A DNA stretch of 64,000 bases from NCBI GenBank assembly GCA_965203485.1, contig OZ241892.1, positions 3,104,001 to 3,168,000 on the forward strand. Direction: 5' to 3'. Made by a program: the position numbers and the translations under genes. The notes under the pieces were generated by a model. The model was not told the origin of the DNA and searched no databases. It saw only the letters and a list, made by a program, of their open reading frames with translations. This document shows positions 1 to 9,671 of this stretch, piece by piece; position 1 is the stretch's first letter, and every line of letters begins with the position of its first letter. The DNA comes from Longimicrobiales bacterium (GTDB taxonomy: Bacteria; Gemmatimonadota; Gemmatimonadetes; Longimicrobiales; Gaopeijiaceae).

Positions 1-612
1 GATTCGTACTTCTGCAAGCTATTTGCCGTTCTCGACGAATGTGTGCGCGTGCTCAAGTTCGGCGGCCGACTCGTGGTGAATGTGCAACCACTGTTTTCCG
101 ATTACATCCCGAGCCATCACATTATTTCCGGCCATCTGATGAAACGCCGTTTGATCTGGAAAGGGGAAGTTCTTTGGGAGAAGAACAACTACAATTGCAA
201 GTACACGGCATGGGGCAGCTGGAAGAGTCCGTCCAGTCCGTACCTGAAATACACTTGGGAGTTTCTGGAAATCTTCTGCAAGGGAGACTTGAAGAAAACT
301 GGAAAACGAGAAGATGCCGACATCGACGCGGACCAGTTCAAGGAATGGGTTGTGGCAAAATGGTCGATCGCGCCGGAACGGAGAATGCGCGAGTATGGGC
401 ATCCCGCCATGTTTCCGGAAGAACTCGCACGCCGAGTGCTGTTGCTGTTCAGTTTTCGAGGCGATACTGTCCTCGACCCCTTCTGCGGAGCGGGAACGAC
501 GTGTGTTGCCGCCCGCAAGCACGGTCGCCGGTTTGTCGGCATAGATGTTTCCAGCACGTACTGCCAAGCAGCCGAGAAGCGGTTGGCGGACGTGCCGTTG
601 TCGATGTTGTGA
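1..612 (+). CDS. Site-specific DNA methyltransferase (N4-C/N6-A, beta-class layout), 5'-truncated by window edge
   Basis: Frame 1 is open from base 1 (DSYFCKLFAVLDECVRVLK...). It has HPAMFPEEL and the C-terminal SAM motif VLDPFCGAGTT followed by FVGID. Confidence 0.92.
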   Translation, partial: DSYFCKLFAVLDECVRVLKFGGRLVVNVQPLFSDYIPSHHIISGHLMKRRLIWKGEVLWEKNNYNCKYTAWGSWKSPSSPYLKYTWEFLEIFCKGDLKKTGKREDADIDADQFKEWVVAKWSIAPERRMREYGHPAMFPEELARRVLLLFSFRGDTVLDPFCGAGTTCVAARKHGRRFVGIDVSSTYCQAAEKRLADVPLSML

Positions 613-613
613 C

Positions 614-1117
614 ATGGAGGAGCCATTGTCACGGGAGGACTTGATAACCCTGTATGAAACGGAAGTTGGTCACATTGATACAAAAGCCACGAGAAGTGAC
701 GACAGAGCATACGGAGGAATCGTTCGTGCCCGCAAAGGGAAATTGGTAGACGATGAAATCGTCCTTGGGATCGAATGCAAGACTTACGCGGAAAATGCGA
801 TGCTAAAAAGAATCCTTGTAGACTTCAATCTCCTGAAGGTATTGCATTTTGATTTGACGTGCTGTCTTCTTCAACTCGAGAGTATGCTCGGGGGCCACTA
901 CGCTCATCCATTGGCCTCGCCTCAATTGGGTAGTCCTAGTTCTCACGTGCTGATGTCACTTTTTCCGAATGTCCGACTCAACGTCGTTACGTTGTTGGAA
1001 GGAGAACGGAAGGTAACGAAGCCGATTCACAAAAAGGAATTCTTTAAGCCGATGAAGCTCGCGTCTCTTGATCGCGCCATCGAACAGTTCGGCACGCTGT
1101 TGAGGCCGCATGCCTAG
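614..1117 (+). CDS. Putative type II restriction endonuclease (PD-(D/E)xK), short and possibly internally deleted
   Basis: ATG lies 1 nt after the MTase stop. Contains an ExK motif (GIECKTYAENAMLKRILVD). 167 aa, lower GC than the window core. Confidence 0.65.
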   Translation: MEEPLSREDLITLYETEVGHIDTKATRSDDRAYGGIVRARKGKLVDDEIVLGIECKTYAENAMLKRILVDFNLLKVLHFDLTCCLLQLESMLGGHYAHPLASPQLGSPSSHVLMSLFPNVRLNVVTLLEGERKVTKPIHKKEFFKPMKLASLDRAIEQFGTLLRPHA

Positions 1118-1230
1118 ACGGGACTTCCGAAGGGCTTAACTGGCCGTTGGCCTTTCCTCAATGGGGCAACCCTGGTCCAGAGATCGGCTAGTCTGCTAAT
1201 CGCAGCCGAGGCTCCGTCCAACCCGACGAT

Positions 1231-1515
1231 TCATGACGCCATCCTCTCATTGTATTCGTCGCACGCCGAAGCCAAACTGCACGGAGCCGGCGGCCGAAGC
1301 GCGTTTCGCCTGCACATATCGGCCAGCTCTTCAACGTGTCGTTGACACTCACGTGGCCGAGACAGGCGCCGATAGTCGCGCTTGTTCTCGTCGACGTCCT
1401 CGCCGTCCAAGTACGCTAACCACATCTCGATTCGCCATGTGGGCACGGCGATCAAGACCCGTTCTGCGGATCTCAAGAACGCGACGCCTCGGGTTGTGCA
1501 GGCCGCCTTCAGCTC
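1231..1515 (-). pseudogene. C-terminal remnant of an ATPase-associated partner protein (DUF4276/RloB-like)
   Basis: Reads LKAAC...VLIAVPTWRIEMWLAYLDG...; the I-E-x-W motif is typical of such partners. No credible start of its own; it abuts the ATPase stub. Confidence 0.5.
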
Positions 1516-1601
1516 GGTCCTAGCAGGAGAGACATCTCGCGCAGGCGGAGCTCGAAGTTGACCAGACACTTGTAGTTGTCCACCCACAGTCTGCTGAACA
1601 T
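1509..1601 (-). pseudogene. N-terminal stub of an AAA/ABC-type (AAA_15/AAA_21-like) ATPase, broken at Walker A
   Basis: MFSRLWVDNYKCLVNFELRLREMSLLLGPS* matches the typical start 'l.i.NyKs....l......llGpNgsGKS' but stops after GP. Confidence 0.7.
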
Positions 1602-1892
1602 TGTTGTGCAACTCCCGGGCGAGGTCGGCCCTGTTCGTGGCCGCGTCTTGGCGCGGACGCGTGCGCCGCTAGGCGGAGCGACGGCGCACCACGCGAGAAG
1701 GTATCTCCGTGGACCCACGAGTCAATAAGCCGCCGATCATGGGCACGCGGCGATGGCTTCGGGGCGGCGCGGCGAGGCGACTTGGCGTTTTCCGACCGGT
1801 GAGCTCAAGGGGACACGCGAGGGTTGCGGAATGGGACACATCATCGGACATTTCAGGCATTCGAAATCCGGGGCGCGCCATCGCCCGGTCGG

Positions 1893-2576
1893 CTACGCCG
1901 ACCCAGGCGACCGGGCCTTGACCGCGACGGCCAATCCGTCCCCGACGGGCAGAATGGTCGCCGTGAAGCGGGTGTCTCCCGCGAGGCGCTCGTTGAAGCG
2001 GTGCACATGCTCCGAAAGGCCGCCGGGGCGCGGCGCGAGCACCCGTCCCTTCCAGAACGCGTTGTCCGCCAGGAACAGGCCACCGGGACGCAACAGGCGG
2101 GCCGCCTCGTCGAGGTAGGCGGCGTAGCGTTCCTTGTCCGCGTCCACGAAGACGGCGTCGAAGCAACCATCGGGCGCGAGCGCGGCCATCTCGGTCAGGC
2201 CGTCGCCGACGCGCACGTCCACCCGGTCGGCGACGCCGGCTCGGGCGAGCGACTTGCGGGCCACGTCGGCATGCCCTGGATCGGCTTCCACGGTGACCAG
2301 CCGCCCGCCCGGCGGCAGGGCGCGGGCGAGCCAGACGGCCGAGTAGCCGCCGAGCGTGCCCACCTCGAGAACCCGCCGGGCGTCCGTGGCCTGCACCAGG
2401 ACTTGAAGCGCCCTTGCGGTTGCGGGCGGCAACTGAATGCAAGGCAGTCCGGCGTCGTCCGCGGCCGCCACGGCGTGGCGGAGGCCCTCGTCCTCGCGGG
2501 CGAATAGGCGGCGGACGTAGGCGTCCAGCCGGTCGTGGTCGAACTCGGACGGGGCGGGCGCCCCGTGGGCCGTCAT
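1893..2576 (-). CDS. O-methyltransferase (caffeoyl-CoA OMT / Methyltransf_3 family)
   Basis: VLEVGTLGGYS, FDAVFVDADK and LADN motifs. ATG overlaps the aminotransferase stop. Confidence 0.93.
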   Translation of the reverse strand: MTAHGAPAPSEFDHDRLDAYVRRLFAREDEGLRHAVAAADDAGLPCIQLPPATARALQVLVQATDARRVLEVGTLGGYSAVWLARALPPGGRLVTVEADPGHADVARKSLARAGVADRVDVRVGDGLTEMAALAPDGCFDAVFVDADKERYAAYLDEAARLLRPGGLFLADNAFWKGRVLAPRPGGLSEHVHRFNERLAGDTRFTATILPVGDGLAVAVKARSPGSA

Positions 2577-3760
2577 CCCGCCAGCACTGCCGCCATGCGC
2601 CGCACGCCGGCCTCGATGTCCTCGTCCGACGAGGCCGTGCTCATCCTGGCGTAGCACGGGTCGCCGAACGCTTCGCCCGGGACGATGGCGACGCCCGCCT
2701 CTTCCAGCAGCCTCGAGCACAGGTCGCTCGCGCAGGCGGCCTTGTCGTCGAACGCCCCGTCCACGCGGAAGTAGAGGTAGAAGGCGCCCATCGGCTTCAC
2801 ATAGGCGAAACCCGGCAAGAGCTCGTCGAACAGCCGCGCCACCAGATCGCGGCGGCGGCGAAACGCCTTCAGCATCTCGGCCCGGTCGCCGCCGCCGGGA
2901 CGGGCCTGCTCGAGTCCCGCGACGGACGCCACCTGCGACGGCGTCGCCGCGTTGAGCGAAACGTGGCTCTGGAGCGCGCCCATCTTCTTGGCCAGATCGA
3001 CCGTCGTGTAAGAGAAGCCGACGCGCCAGCCCGTCATGGCGAAAGCCTTCGACATGCCGTTGACGGCCACGACGTGGCCCGTGCTCTCGGGCGAGAGGTC
3101 GAGGATGCCCGGCGCCCGGTCGCCGCCGCCGAAGTATATCTCGCGATAGATCTCGTCGCAGATCAACGTCACGCCGCGGCCCTTCGCCCACGCGGCCACG
3201 GCGGCCAGCTCCTCGGCCGAGTAGACCGCGCCGGTGGGGTTGGAGGGCGTCGAGATGATCAGCCCGCGGGCCGCCGGCGACGCGGCGTGCTCCAAGTCGT
3301 CGGGCGTCAGCAGGAAGTCCCGCCCCGCGCTCCCCGTCACGGGCTTCGGCTCGGCGCGGGCGAGGGTCACCATCTCGGGATACGAAGTCCAGTAGGGCGA
3401 GCCGATCAGCACTTCGTCGCCCGGCCCGAACAAGCAGAAGCATGCGTTGAAGAGCGACTGCTTGGCGCCTGCGGACACCACTATCCGCGCCGGATCGGCC
3501 TCGTAGGAGGTGCCTTGGGTCATGTACTCGGCGGCCGCCCGGCGAAGTTCGGGCAGGCCGGAGGAAGCCGTGTAGCGCGTTCGCCCTTCGGCGATCGCCC
3601 GCCTCCCCGCCTGCCCGATCCAGGAAGGCGTGTCGAAGTCCGGCTCGCCCGCGCTCAGGTTGATGATGTCGCGGCCTTCGGCGGCCAGCTTCTTGGCGAG
3701 CGTGCTGACGGCGATGGTCGCCGACGGCTGGAGCTTGGCGATGTTGTCCGAGAAGTTCAT
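2573..3760 (-). CDS. aspC: PLP-dependent class I/II aminotransferase (aspartate aminotransferase-like)
   Basis: GEPDF, PSNPTG, DEIY and SKAFAMTGWRVG (PLP lysine) motifs. Confidence 0.93.
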   Translation of the reverse strand: MNFSDNIAKLQPSATIAVSTLAKKLAAEGRDIINLSAGEPDFDTPSWIGQAGRRAIAEGRTRYTASSGLPELRRAAAEYMTQGTSYEADPARIVVSAGAKQSLFNACFCLFGPGDEVLIGSPYWTSYPEMVTLARAEPKPVTGSAGRDFLLTPDDLEHAASPAARGLIISTPSNPTGAVYSAEELAAVAAWAKGRGVTLICDEIYREIYFGGGDRAPGILDLSPESTGHVVAVNGMSKAFAMTGWRVGFSYTTVDLAKKMGALQSHVSLNAATPSQVASVAGLEQARPGGGDRAEMLKAFRRRRDLVARLFDELLPGFAYVKPMGAFYLYFRVDGAFDDKAACASDLCSRLLEEAGVAIVPGEAFGDPCYARMSTASSDEDIEAGVRRMAAVLAG

Positions 3761-3866
3761 GCGGGCGTGGCCTCCGGCTCTTTCGGCCTTGGGAAGGAAG
3801 GTTCACGGCGTTGGACGGGCGCTTGGATGTTGCGATGGGCAACCCGTCGCCGCAACTTCGCCGACG

Positions 3867-4457
3867 ATGCTGACCACCGGCCCGACGTTCTTCTTCGACT
3901 TCGTCGATCCGGGATCGTACTTGGCCAGCTGCGTGATCGACCAAGCCGGCGCCGAAGCGGGCCTCGACTGGCGGGGCGTGGAAGTCAGGCCCTTTCCCGG
4001 CCCGCCAGTGGACGTCCGCGCGGCGGCGTGGGCCGACTACCAAAGACGCATGTCCGCATACGCCGAGGCGCTGGGCGTCGCCATGACCGAGCCGGCCGCG
4101 GCGCCGTGGACGCGCAAAGCTCACGAGCTCGTGGAGCTTGCGCGGCGGCGCGACTGCTACGCGGGCGTGCGCCGCGCGCTGTTTCGCGCCCACTTCGTGG
4201 AAGCCGCCGACATCGGGCGCGTGGACCGCCTGGTGGACATCGCCCGGCACGAGGGCCTGGACGCCACCGAGGCGAAGGCCGCGCTGGACGTGGACGCCTA
4301 CGCGGACGCCGTGGCCAGCAACCGAGCGGCCGCCGAGGAGCAGGGCGTCCACGAAGCGCCGGTCTTGGCCGACCGGCGAGGACGGCTGGCAGGATTTCGT
4401 TCTCCTAGCGAAATTGTGCGCTGGATTCGGGACGCGGCGGGCGAGGACAACGCATAG
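3867..4457 (+). CDS. DsbA/FrnE-like thioredoxin-fold protein
   Basis: FFFDFVDPGSY N-terminal motif (no CxxC), LFRAHF, and GV..AP cis-Pro region. Confidence 0.8.
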   Translation: MLTTGPTFFFDFVDPGSYLASCVIDQAGAEAGLDWRGVEVRPFPGPPVDVRAAAWADYQRRMSAYAEALGVAMTEPAAAPWTRKAHELVELARRRDCYAGVRRALFRAHFVEAADIGRVDRLVDIARHEGLDATEAKAALDVDAYADAVASNRAAAEEQGVHEAPVLADRRGRLAGFRSPSEIVRWIRDAAGEDNA

Positions 4458-4559
4458 GCTTCCGTCGGCGCGGCGCGAAACGGCAACGAAGACCGTGGCG
4501 GTGAACCGAGCGTCGGCGGGCCGGTCACGGGCTAACCAAGCAGGAAGGCGAAGCGTCAG

Positions 4560-4862
4560 ATGGCGGGATACCACCGCAAGACCGTTCTCGGACCGGCCGA
4601 CGTGCTCGACCAAGCCGAGCGACGCCTGCCCGAGTTCGCCGGACTCAAGCGGTCGCGGCGCTCCTCGCACGGCGCGACGTACGCGGGCGACGAGGGAACG
4701 GTCGTGCTCACGGCGCACCGGCACGGCCCGTACACCGAGGTCACGGCCCAGACCGACCGGCTCCGAACGTCGAGGATGGACTACGAGGTCCAGCGTTTCC
4801 TGAACATGCTGCCGTACGAGCCCGGCGACGCAGGCGGGCCGGGAACAGGCGACCCGACGTAG
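4560..4862 (+). CDS. Hypothetical protein (100 aa)
   Basis: Compact ORF with GC3-rich codons, fitted between two co-oriented genes. Confidence 0.75.
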   Translation: MAGYHRKTVLGPADVLDQAERRLPEFAGLKRSRRSSHGATYAGDEGTVVLTAHRHGPYTEVTAQTDRLRTSRMDYEVQRFLNMLPYEPGDAGGPGTGDPT

Positions 4863-4869
4863 CCCCGGC

Positions 4870-6714
4870 ATGACGTCGTTCGACGAGCTCCGGCTCGGTC
4901 CCGAGATCGTCGCCGCGTTGGCTGCCGAGGGCATCGAGACGCCCACGCCCTTTCAGGCGGCGGCGATCCCCGTCATCGCCCGAGGGAACGATCTGCTGGG
5001 AAGGGTCGGCGCCGGCGGGGGCGCGATGGTGGCGTACGCCGCGCCGCTGCTGGGCCGCGTGGACGCCGGCGGGGACGGGCCGGTGGGCCTGGTCGTCTGC
5101 GCTGGGCAACGGCAGGCCACCCGGCTGGCGAGGTCCCTGGCGCCGCTGTGCGAGGCGACGGGCCACCGCGCCGCCGCCCTGGGCAGGCCGTGGAGGGAGC
5201 CGGAGCGCGCCGACTTCCTGTTCGTGCCGGCCGACGGCATCCGCAAGCTGTTCGACGGCGGCGTGAGCACCGAGCGCGTGCGCGCGGTCGTCCTCCACGA
5301 CGGAGACGCCGTCTTGGCCGCGGTCCCGGAAGACCATGTCGAAGCGCTGCTCTCCGGATTGCCGGACGACTGCCAGCGCATCTTCTGCGGCTTGCCCTTC
5401 GGGCCCACGCTTCAGTCGGTCGCCCGGCGGTTCACGCGCCGGGCCGCCACCGTGCCGTCGCCTGCGCGCGACGAGCAGGGCGGGAGGAAAGGAGGCGGGG
5501 CGCCGCGAGGCCGCAGGGTTGGCCAGCCTTCCGGCACGCGGGCTCTCCACTGCGTCGTCGCGCACGGCGGGCGCATGGAAGCCACGTTGGCCCTGGCCGC
5601 CGAGCTGCTCGAAGGGCCGGTGGACCATGTCCTTGTTTTCGCCTCTTCGGCGGACCAAGCCGCGGACCTGGGCGACTTCCTGGAGGTGCACGGGTTCGCA
5701 GCGGGTCCACCAGGAGACGAGCACGCTCCCGTCTGGCTCTCGCCGGACGAAGACGGGGCGGCGAGGGAGGCCCTCGAGGCCGCCCCGAACCCGAGGGCGG
5801 TCGCCACCGTGTCGGCCGCGGCCCCGCCGGCCGCGGAGGCCGTGGCCCATCGCCACGAGATCGGCGGGCCCGCGTGGGTGATCGCGGAGACGCGCGAGCT
5901 GCGCCATCTGGAGATCGCGGCCCGCGAAGCCGGGTTCGCCCTCAGGCGCGTCCGGCCCCGGCGGGAGACTCGCGTCACGGAGGCCGTCGACGCCCTGGCC
6001 GAAGAACTCGCCGAGGCCGCGCGCTCGCCGGAGACGGCGCCCTATGCGTTGCTGGTCGAGGCGCTGGCGGGCGAGCTGGGTCCGACGGAGATCGCCGCGG
6101 CGGCGCTGGCGCTCCTGCACCGGCAACGCGCGGACGAAGGACGGCCGGCGGCGGAAGGAGCGCCGACGGCGTGGGTGCGCCTCTTCCTTTCGTGCGGTGA
6201 GCACGACGAGATCGGCCCCAGGGAGATCGTGGGCGCGATAGCCAGCGAGGCGGGCGTGGCCGGCGAGCAGATCGGCAAGATTCAGGTGCGCGACCGGCAT
6301 GCGGTCGTCGAAGTGGCCGAGCCGGAAGCGGCCAAGGTCGTCAAGGCCCTCAATGGAATCACGCTGGGAGGCCGCAGTCTTCGCGTCGACTACGACCGCC
6401 CGCGCGAGCGAAGGCCGGCCAGGCAGGCACGGGACGCATCAGGCAGGCGTCGCGGGAAGTCGCCGGACGCCAAGCCGGCCGCCGAGAAGCGGCCCAAGTC
6501 GTGGCGGCCCGGCACGAAGGAATCCGCCGGAAGGCAGTCCCCCTCCCGACGCCCGAAGGGAGCCTCGGGCAAGCGATCTCCCTCGACGCAACCACGCACG
6601 AAACGGACCGCCGGGAAGCGTTCCGGCGCCAAGAAGGCAGGCACGGGCTTGCCCGGCGGCAAGCGCACTTTCGAAAAGAAGGCGCGCAAGCCACCGGCCA
6701 AGAGTCCCGGCTAG
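4870..6714 (+). CDS. DEAD-box helicase-like protein with DbpA RNA-binding domain; catalytic motifs degenerate
   Basis: Q-motif region (FDELRL...PTPFQAAAIP) and DbpA domain (RLFLSCG...IVGAIASEAG...IGKI), then a basic tail. Walker A reads GAGGGA and the DEAD position reads HDGD. Confidence 0.85.
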   Translation: MTSFDELRLGPEIVAALAAEGIETPTPFQAAAIPVIARGNDLLGRVGAGGGAMVAYAAPLLGRVDAGGDGPVGLVVCAGQRQATRLARSLAPLCEATGHRAAALGRPWREPERADFLFVPADGIRKLFDGGVSTERVRAVVLHDGDAVLAAVPEDHVEALLSGLPDDCQRIFCGLPFGPTLQSVARRFTRRAATVPSPARDEQGGRKGGGAPRGRRVGQPSGTRALHCVVAHGGRMEATLALAAELLEGPVDHVLVFASSADQAADLGDFLEVHGFAAGPPGDEHAPVWLSPDEDGAAREALEAAPNPRAVATVSAAAPPAAEAVAHRHEIGGPAWVIAETRELRHLEIAAREAGFALRRVRPRRETRVTEAVDALAEELAEAARSPETAPYALLVEALAGELGPTEIAAAALALLHRQRADEGRPAAEGAPTAWVRLFLSCGEHDEIGPREIVGAIASEAGVAGEQIGKIQVRDRHAVVEVAEPEAAKVVKALNGITLGGRSLRVDYDRPRERRPARQARDASGRRRGKSPDAKPAAEKRPKSWRPGTKESAGRQSPSRRPKGASGKRSPSTQPRTKRTAGKRSGAKKAGTGLPGGKRTFEKKARKPPAKSPG

Positions 6715-6797
6715 GCAGGCACGGGCGGGCGCGGACGCCCGGACCGAATCCCGATCCAGCGTCGCGCGGTCCCTCAACCCGGAGGGTTCGGTCGCTC

Positions 6798-7016
6798 TCA
6801 GACTCCCGCTTCGCCGCAGGCCCCGTCCCGGCACTTGCGGTACATGCGATACGCCAGCATCACCACCAGCGCGATCAACGCGATCTTGAAGGCGGTTGCC
6901 GCGAACCCGAAGAACATCCCGATCACGGGGAACAGCACGGCGGCCAGCAACTTCAGCACCACCACTCCGGCCAGCCCCACCGCCGCCGTCACTCCCAACG
7001 CTCTCGCCATCTGCAT
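6798..7016 (-). CDS. Small membrane protein
   Basis: 72 aa with two hydrophobic stretches; AAGGAG RBS upstream. Confidence 0.7.
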   Translation of the reverse strand: MQMARALGVTAAVGLAGVVVLKLLAAVLFPVIGMFFGFAATAFKIALIALVVMLAYRMYRKCRDGACGEAGV

Positions 7017-7155
7017 TTCTCGACTCCTTGGAGTTCCTTTGGAAGAGGTGCATCCAACTTAACCCGCGCTCCCTACGCGGGCTACCAACGTACTACGCCG
7101 CCGCCGACAAATGGTTTCGGCGCCCGCCCGGAACCGCCCTCGGCGCGTTGCGCGT

Positions 7156-9567
7156 CTACCGCCTGAACCGGTACGAGAGCTTGGCGAACAGGCCGTCGGC
7201 CTCGGGGCGGACGTCGCGGAAGCGGAACGCCTGCGTGTCTTCCATGAGGCGCGTGTAGCCCAGGTAGACGACCGTCCCGGGGGTGGGTTCGTAGCCCACC
7301 AGCGCCTCCAACGAGAAGTCGTGCGACTCGGAGCCGCCCAGCGCGGAGCAGTTCTCCGGGGCGGAGCAATAGACGAGCGGAACGCCGTCGTCGGGCGCAA
7401 GCAGCGGTCGTCTCTCCTGGCTCCCGTACTCCCCGATCGCGCGCAAGAACAGCGCCCGGCTGAACTGGTACTGGGCCCGCAACCGCGGGATCGTGGCCCT
7501 CGAATAGAGCGACCCGTCGCGCTTGCGGCGCATCACGGTGTGCCGAACGCCGATCTCGGCCCGCAACTGGGTGGCGGGGAACAGGTTCACGCTCGCGTCT
7601 CCGGACCACGCGTCGGCCACGTCGGCGGGCGTGTCGGTGCCGAACTCGAACAGCGGCGTCTCGGAACGCGTCACGCGAACGTTCCCCCGAGCGCGGCTGA
7701 ACGTGTTGACGAACATGAAGACCGTGGCCGACTGGAGCCCCTGGAAGCGCGCCTGGTCGGGGAGGAAGGGACGGAGCCCGCCGTCGCCGGACGCGAAGAG
7801 GCCGTCGTACTCGTCCGCGGCGAAGTGGAAGAAGGAGCGGCCGTAGTTCGCCCACACGGTGACGTTGCCCCGGAAGGACACGCTGCCGCCCAGCTGAACG
7901 CGCGACTCCTCCGGGCGTTGCCCTTTCCAGAAGTCCTCGTGGTCCCAGAATCCTTCGAACTCGAGGCTGGGTCCCCAGCGCTCCACGGCGTCGCCCGGAC
8001 TGCCGCGGAAGTTGTAGCCGACGCGCGAACTGGCTTGGGCCGTGCCCGTCCTGCGGATGAAGCCGCTTCCGGCCACGAAGTCGTCGCTGATGTCGGAGAC
8101 GGCCGCGTTGAAGGAGAAGTTGCGCCCCGAGCGGTCGATGCCGGCCGAGAAGAGAGCGCCCGACTTGGCTTGCGGCTCGCCCGCGGCGGTGCGGCTTCCG
8201 GCGGCCAGCAGGGTGAGGGCGTAGCGGCGGCGGAACTCGAGGCGTCCGTCGAGGCCCGCCACTCGGTTGTACCGGTCGCGTCCGTAGGTCCGGTCCGTGT
8301 AGACGGCGCCCGCGGTCGAATTGTCCCCGATGTCGCGGCGCAGGCGCACGATGTTGACCATCGGCCGCGCCGTTCCGTCGCCCCCGTCCGGGTCGGCGAC
8401 CTCGTCGACCGCCCCCAGATAGCCGACGTTGTAGCCGCCCACCTTGCCCGTCAGCTTCGCCCCGCCCACCGGATTGACGATGGAGCGCGTGTACACGAGC
8501 TGCCGCGGAAGCTGGAAGATTTCGGTGCCTTCGAGGAAGAACGGCCTCTTCTCGCGCAGGAACAGGGCGAACCGCTCGTTGACCGCGATCTGGCCCGCGT
8601 CGGCCTCCACTTGCGAGAAGTCCGGGTTGAAGGTCCCGTCGAGCGTGAGGTTCGACGTGATGCCGTAGGTCGCGTTGAAGCCGAAGTCTCCGGTCACCGG
8701 ACCGCGCCGCAGCGCTCCCTCGGCGGCGTCGTAGGTCCCCTGCCTCGTGATCGTCTGCACCGGGTTGACCTCGAGGAACAGGCCCGGATCCAGGTCGGCG
8801 AGCCCCGTCAGGCTGCCGAACTGCTCCATCTGATTGGACGTGTTGGCCGTCACGGGGGCCCATGACTCGCCGTATCCGCTCCGGGCGATCCGGCGCTCGA
8901 CTTGGAGGCCCCAGTCCTGCATGGCCCTGTCCGGGAAGCGAATGCTCTTGAACGGCAACCGAATCTCCACGGAATAGCCCCAGTCGAAGATCTTGCCATC
9001 CGAGTCCCACACGAAGTCGGGATCCCAGTCGATCGGCGGCCCGAACCTGCGGCGGCCGCCTCCTCCTCCGACCAGCCACAAACCGTCCTGCTGGACGCCG
9101 AAGGGGTTGGCCATGATGACGTAGGCGCGACGGCGGTCGTCGAAGGTGTCCAGCATCACGCGCACGTAGTCGTCTGAGCGTCCGAACGAATCGCGGTCGC
9201 CCAGGGTGGCGCGAGGTCCGCCGGGTTGGTCGTCGAACGCGGTGATGCCGAAGTAGACCGCTTCGTCCGTGACCACGATCCTGGCTTCGGTGCGTTGCGT
9301 GGCGGGCACTCCTTCGACGGGATCGAACTGCGTGAATCCCGTGAGCACGGGCGCGTTCTGCCATGCGGCCTCGCCGAGTTCGCCGTCGATTTCGATCTCG
9401 GCCGCGGCCACCCAGGGGCTGGGGACGCCAAGCTGCCCTGCAATGCCGCTGTAGACGGCGGAGGGAGGCGTCGCGTTCTCTCCGGGTGCGTCCCGGCCCG
9501 CCTTGGCGTGGCTCTCCTGCACGAGTCCGGCGACGGGTCCCGCGATTGCTGCGATAATGGCCAACAT
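7156..9567 (-). CDS. DUF5916 / CBM9-like domain outer-membrane protein
   Basis: Signal peptide, IDGELGEAAW CBM9-like start, TFNPDFSQVEADA...NERFALF..EKRPFFLEG signature, C-terminal beta-strand (KLSYRF). Confidence 0.9.
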   Translation of the reverse strand: MLAIIAAIAGPVAGLVQESHAKAGRDAPGENATPPSAVYSGIAGQLGVPSPWVAAAEIEIDGELGEAAWQNAPVLTGFTQFDPVEGVPATQRTEARIVVTDEAVYFGITAFDDQPGGPRATLGDRDSFGRSDDYVRVMLDTFDDRRRAYVIMANPFGVQQDGLWLVGGGGGRRRFGPPIDWDPDFVWDSDGKIFDWGYSVEIRLPFKSIRFPDRAMQDWGLQVERRIARSGYGESWAPVTANTSNQMEQFGSLTGLADLDPGLFLEVNPVQTITRQGTYDAAEGALRRGPVTGDFGFNATYGITSNLTLDGTFNPDFSQVEADAGQIAVNERFALFLREKRPFFLEGTEIFQLPRQLVYTRSIVNPVGGAKLTGKVGGYNVGYLGAVDEVADPDGGDGTARPMVNIVRLRRDIGDNSTAGAVYTDRTYGRDRYNRVAGLDGRLEFRRRYALTLLAAGSRTAAGEPQAKSGALFSAGIDRSGRNFSFNAAVSDISDDFVAGSGFIRRTGTAQASSRVGYNFRGSPGDAVERWGPSLEFEGFWDHEDFWKGQRPEESRVQLGGSVSFRGNVTVWANYGRSFFHFAADEYDGLFASGDGGLRPFLPDQARFQGLQSATVFMFVNTFSRARGNVRVTRSETPLFEFGTDTPADVADAWSGDASVNLFPATQLRAEIGVRHTVMRRKRDGSLYSRATIPRLRAQYQFSRALFLRAIGEYGSQERRPLLAPDDGVPLVYCSAPENCSALGGSESHDFSLEALVGYEPTPGTVVYLGYTRLMEDTQAFRFRDVRPEADGLFAKLSYRFRR

Positions 9568-9671
9568 CCTATTATTGCCAGCTCCGGCCCGACTGGGCCT
9601 CCGTGGTTTGTCTGCGCTCCGCTCCGCTCAAGATGATCGTCCGGCGCGTGCGTGGTCCTCTTCGTCCCTCC

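Noticed and set aside
1620..1890. Intergenic stretch as ncRNA or mobile-element end bounding the defence islet
   Set aside because: No recognisable RNA family motif, terminal repeat or att duplication found by eye.
1893..4946. 1017-aa ORF, and similar giant ORFs (24700-28920, 25237-29079, 41998-45780, 55623-58934, 58884-62033, 14899-17670)
   Set aside because: High-GC stop-codon scarcity. At most a terminal part of each carries real motifs; the rest overlaps bona fide genes in other frames or strands.
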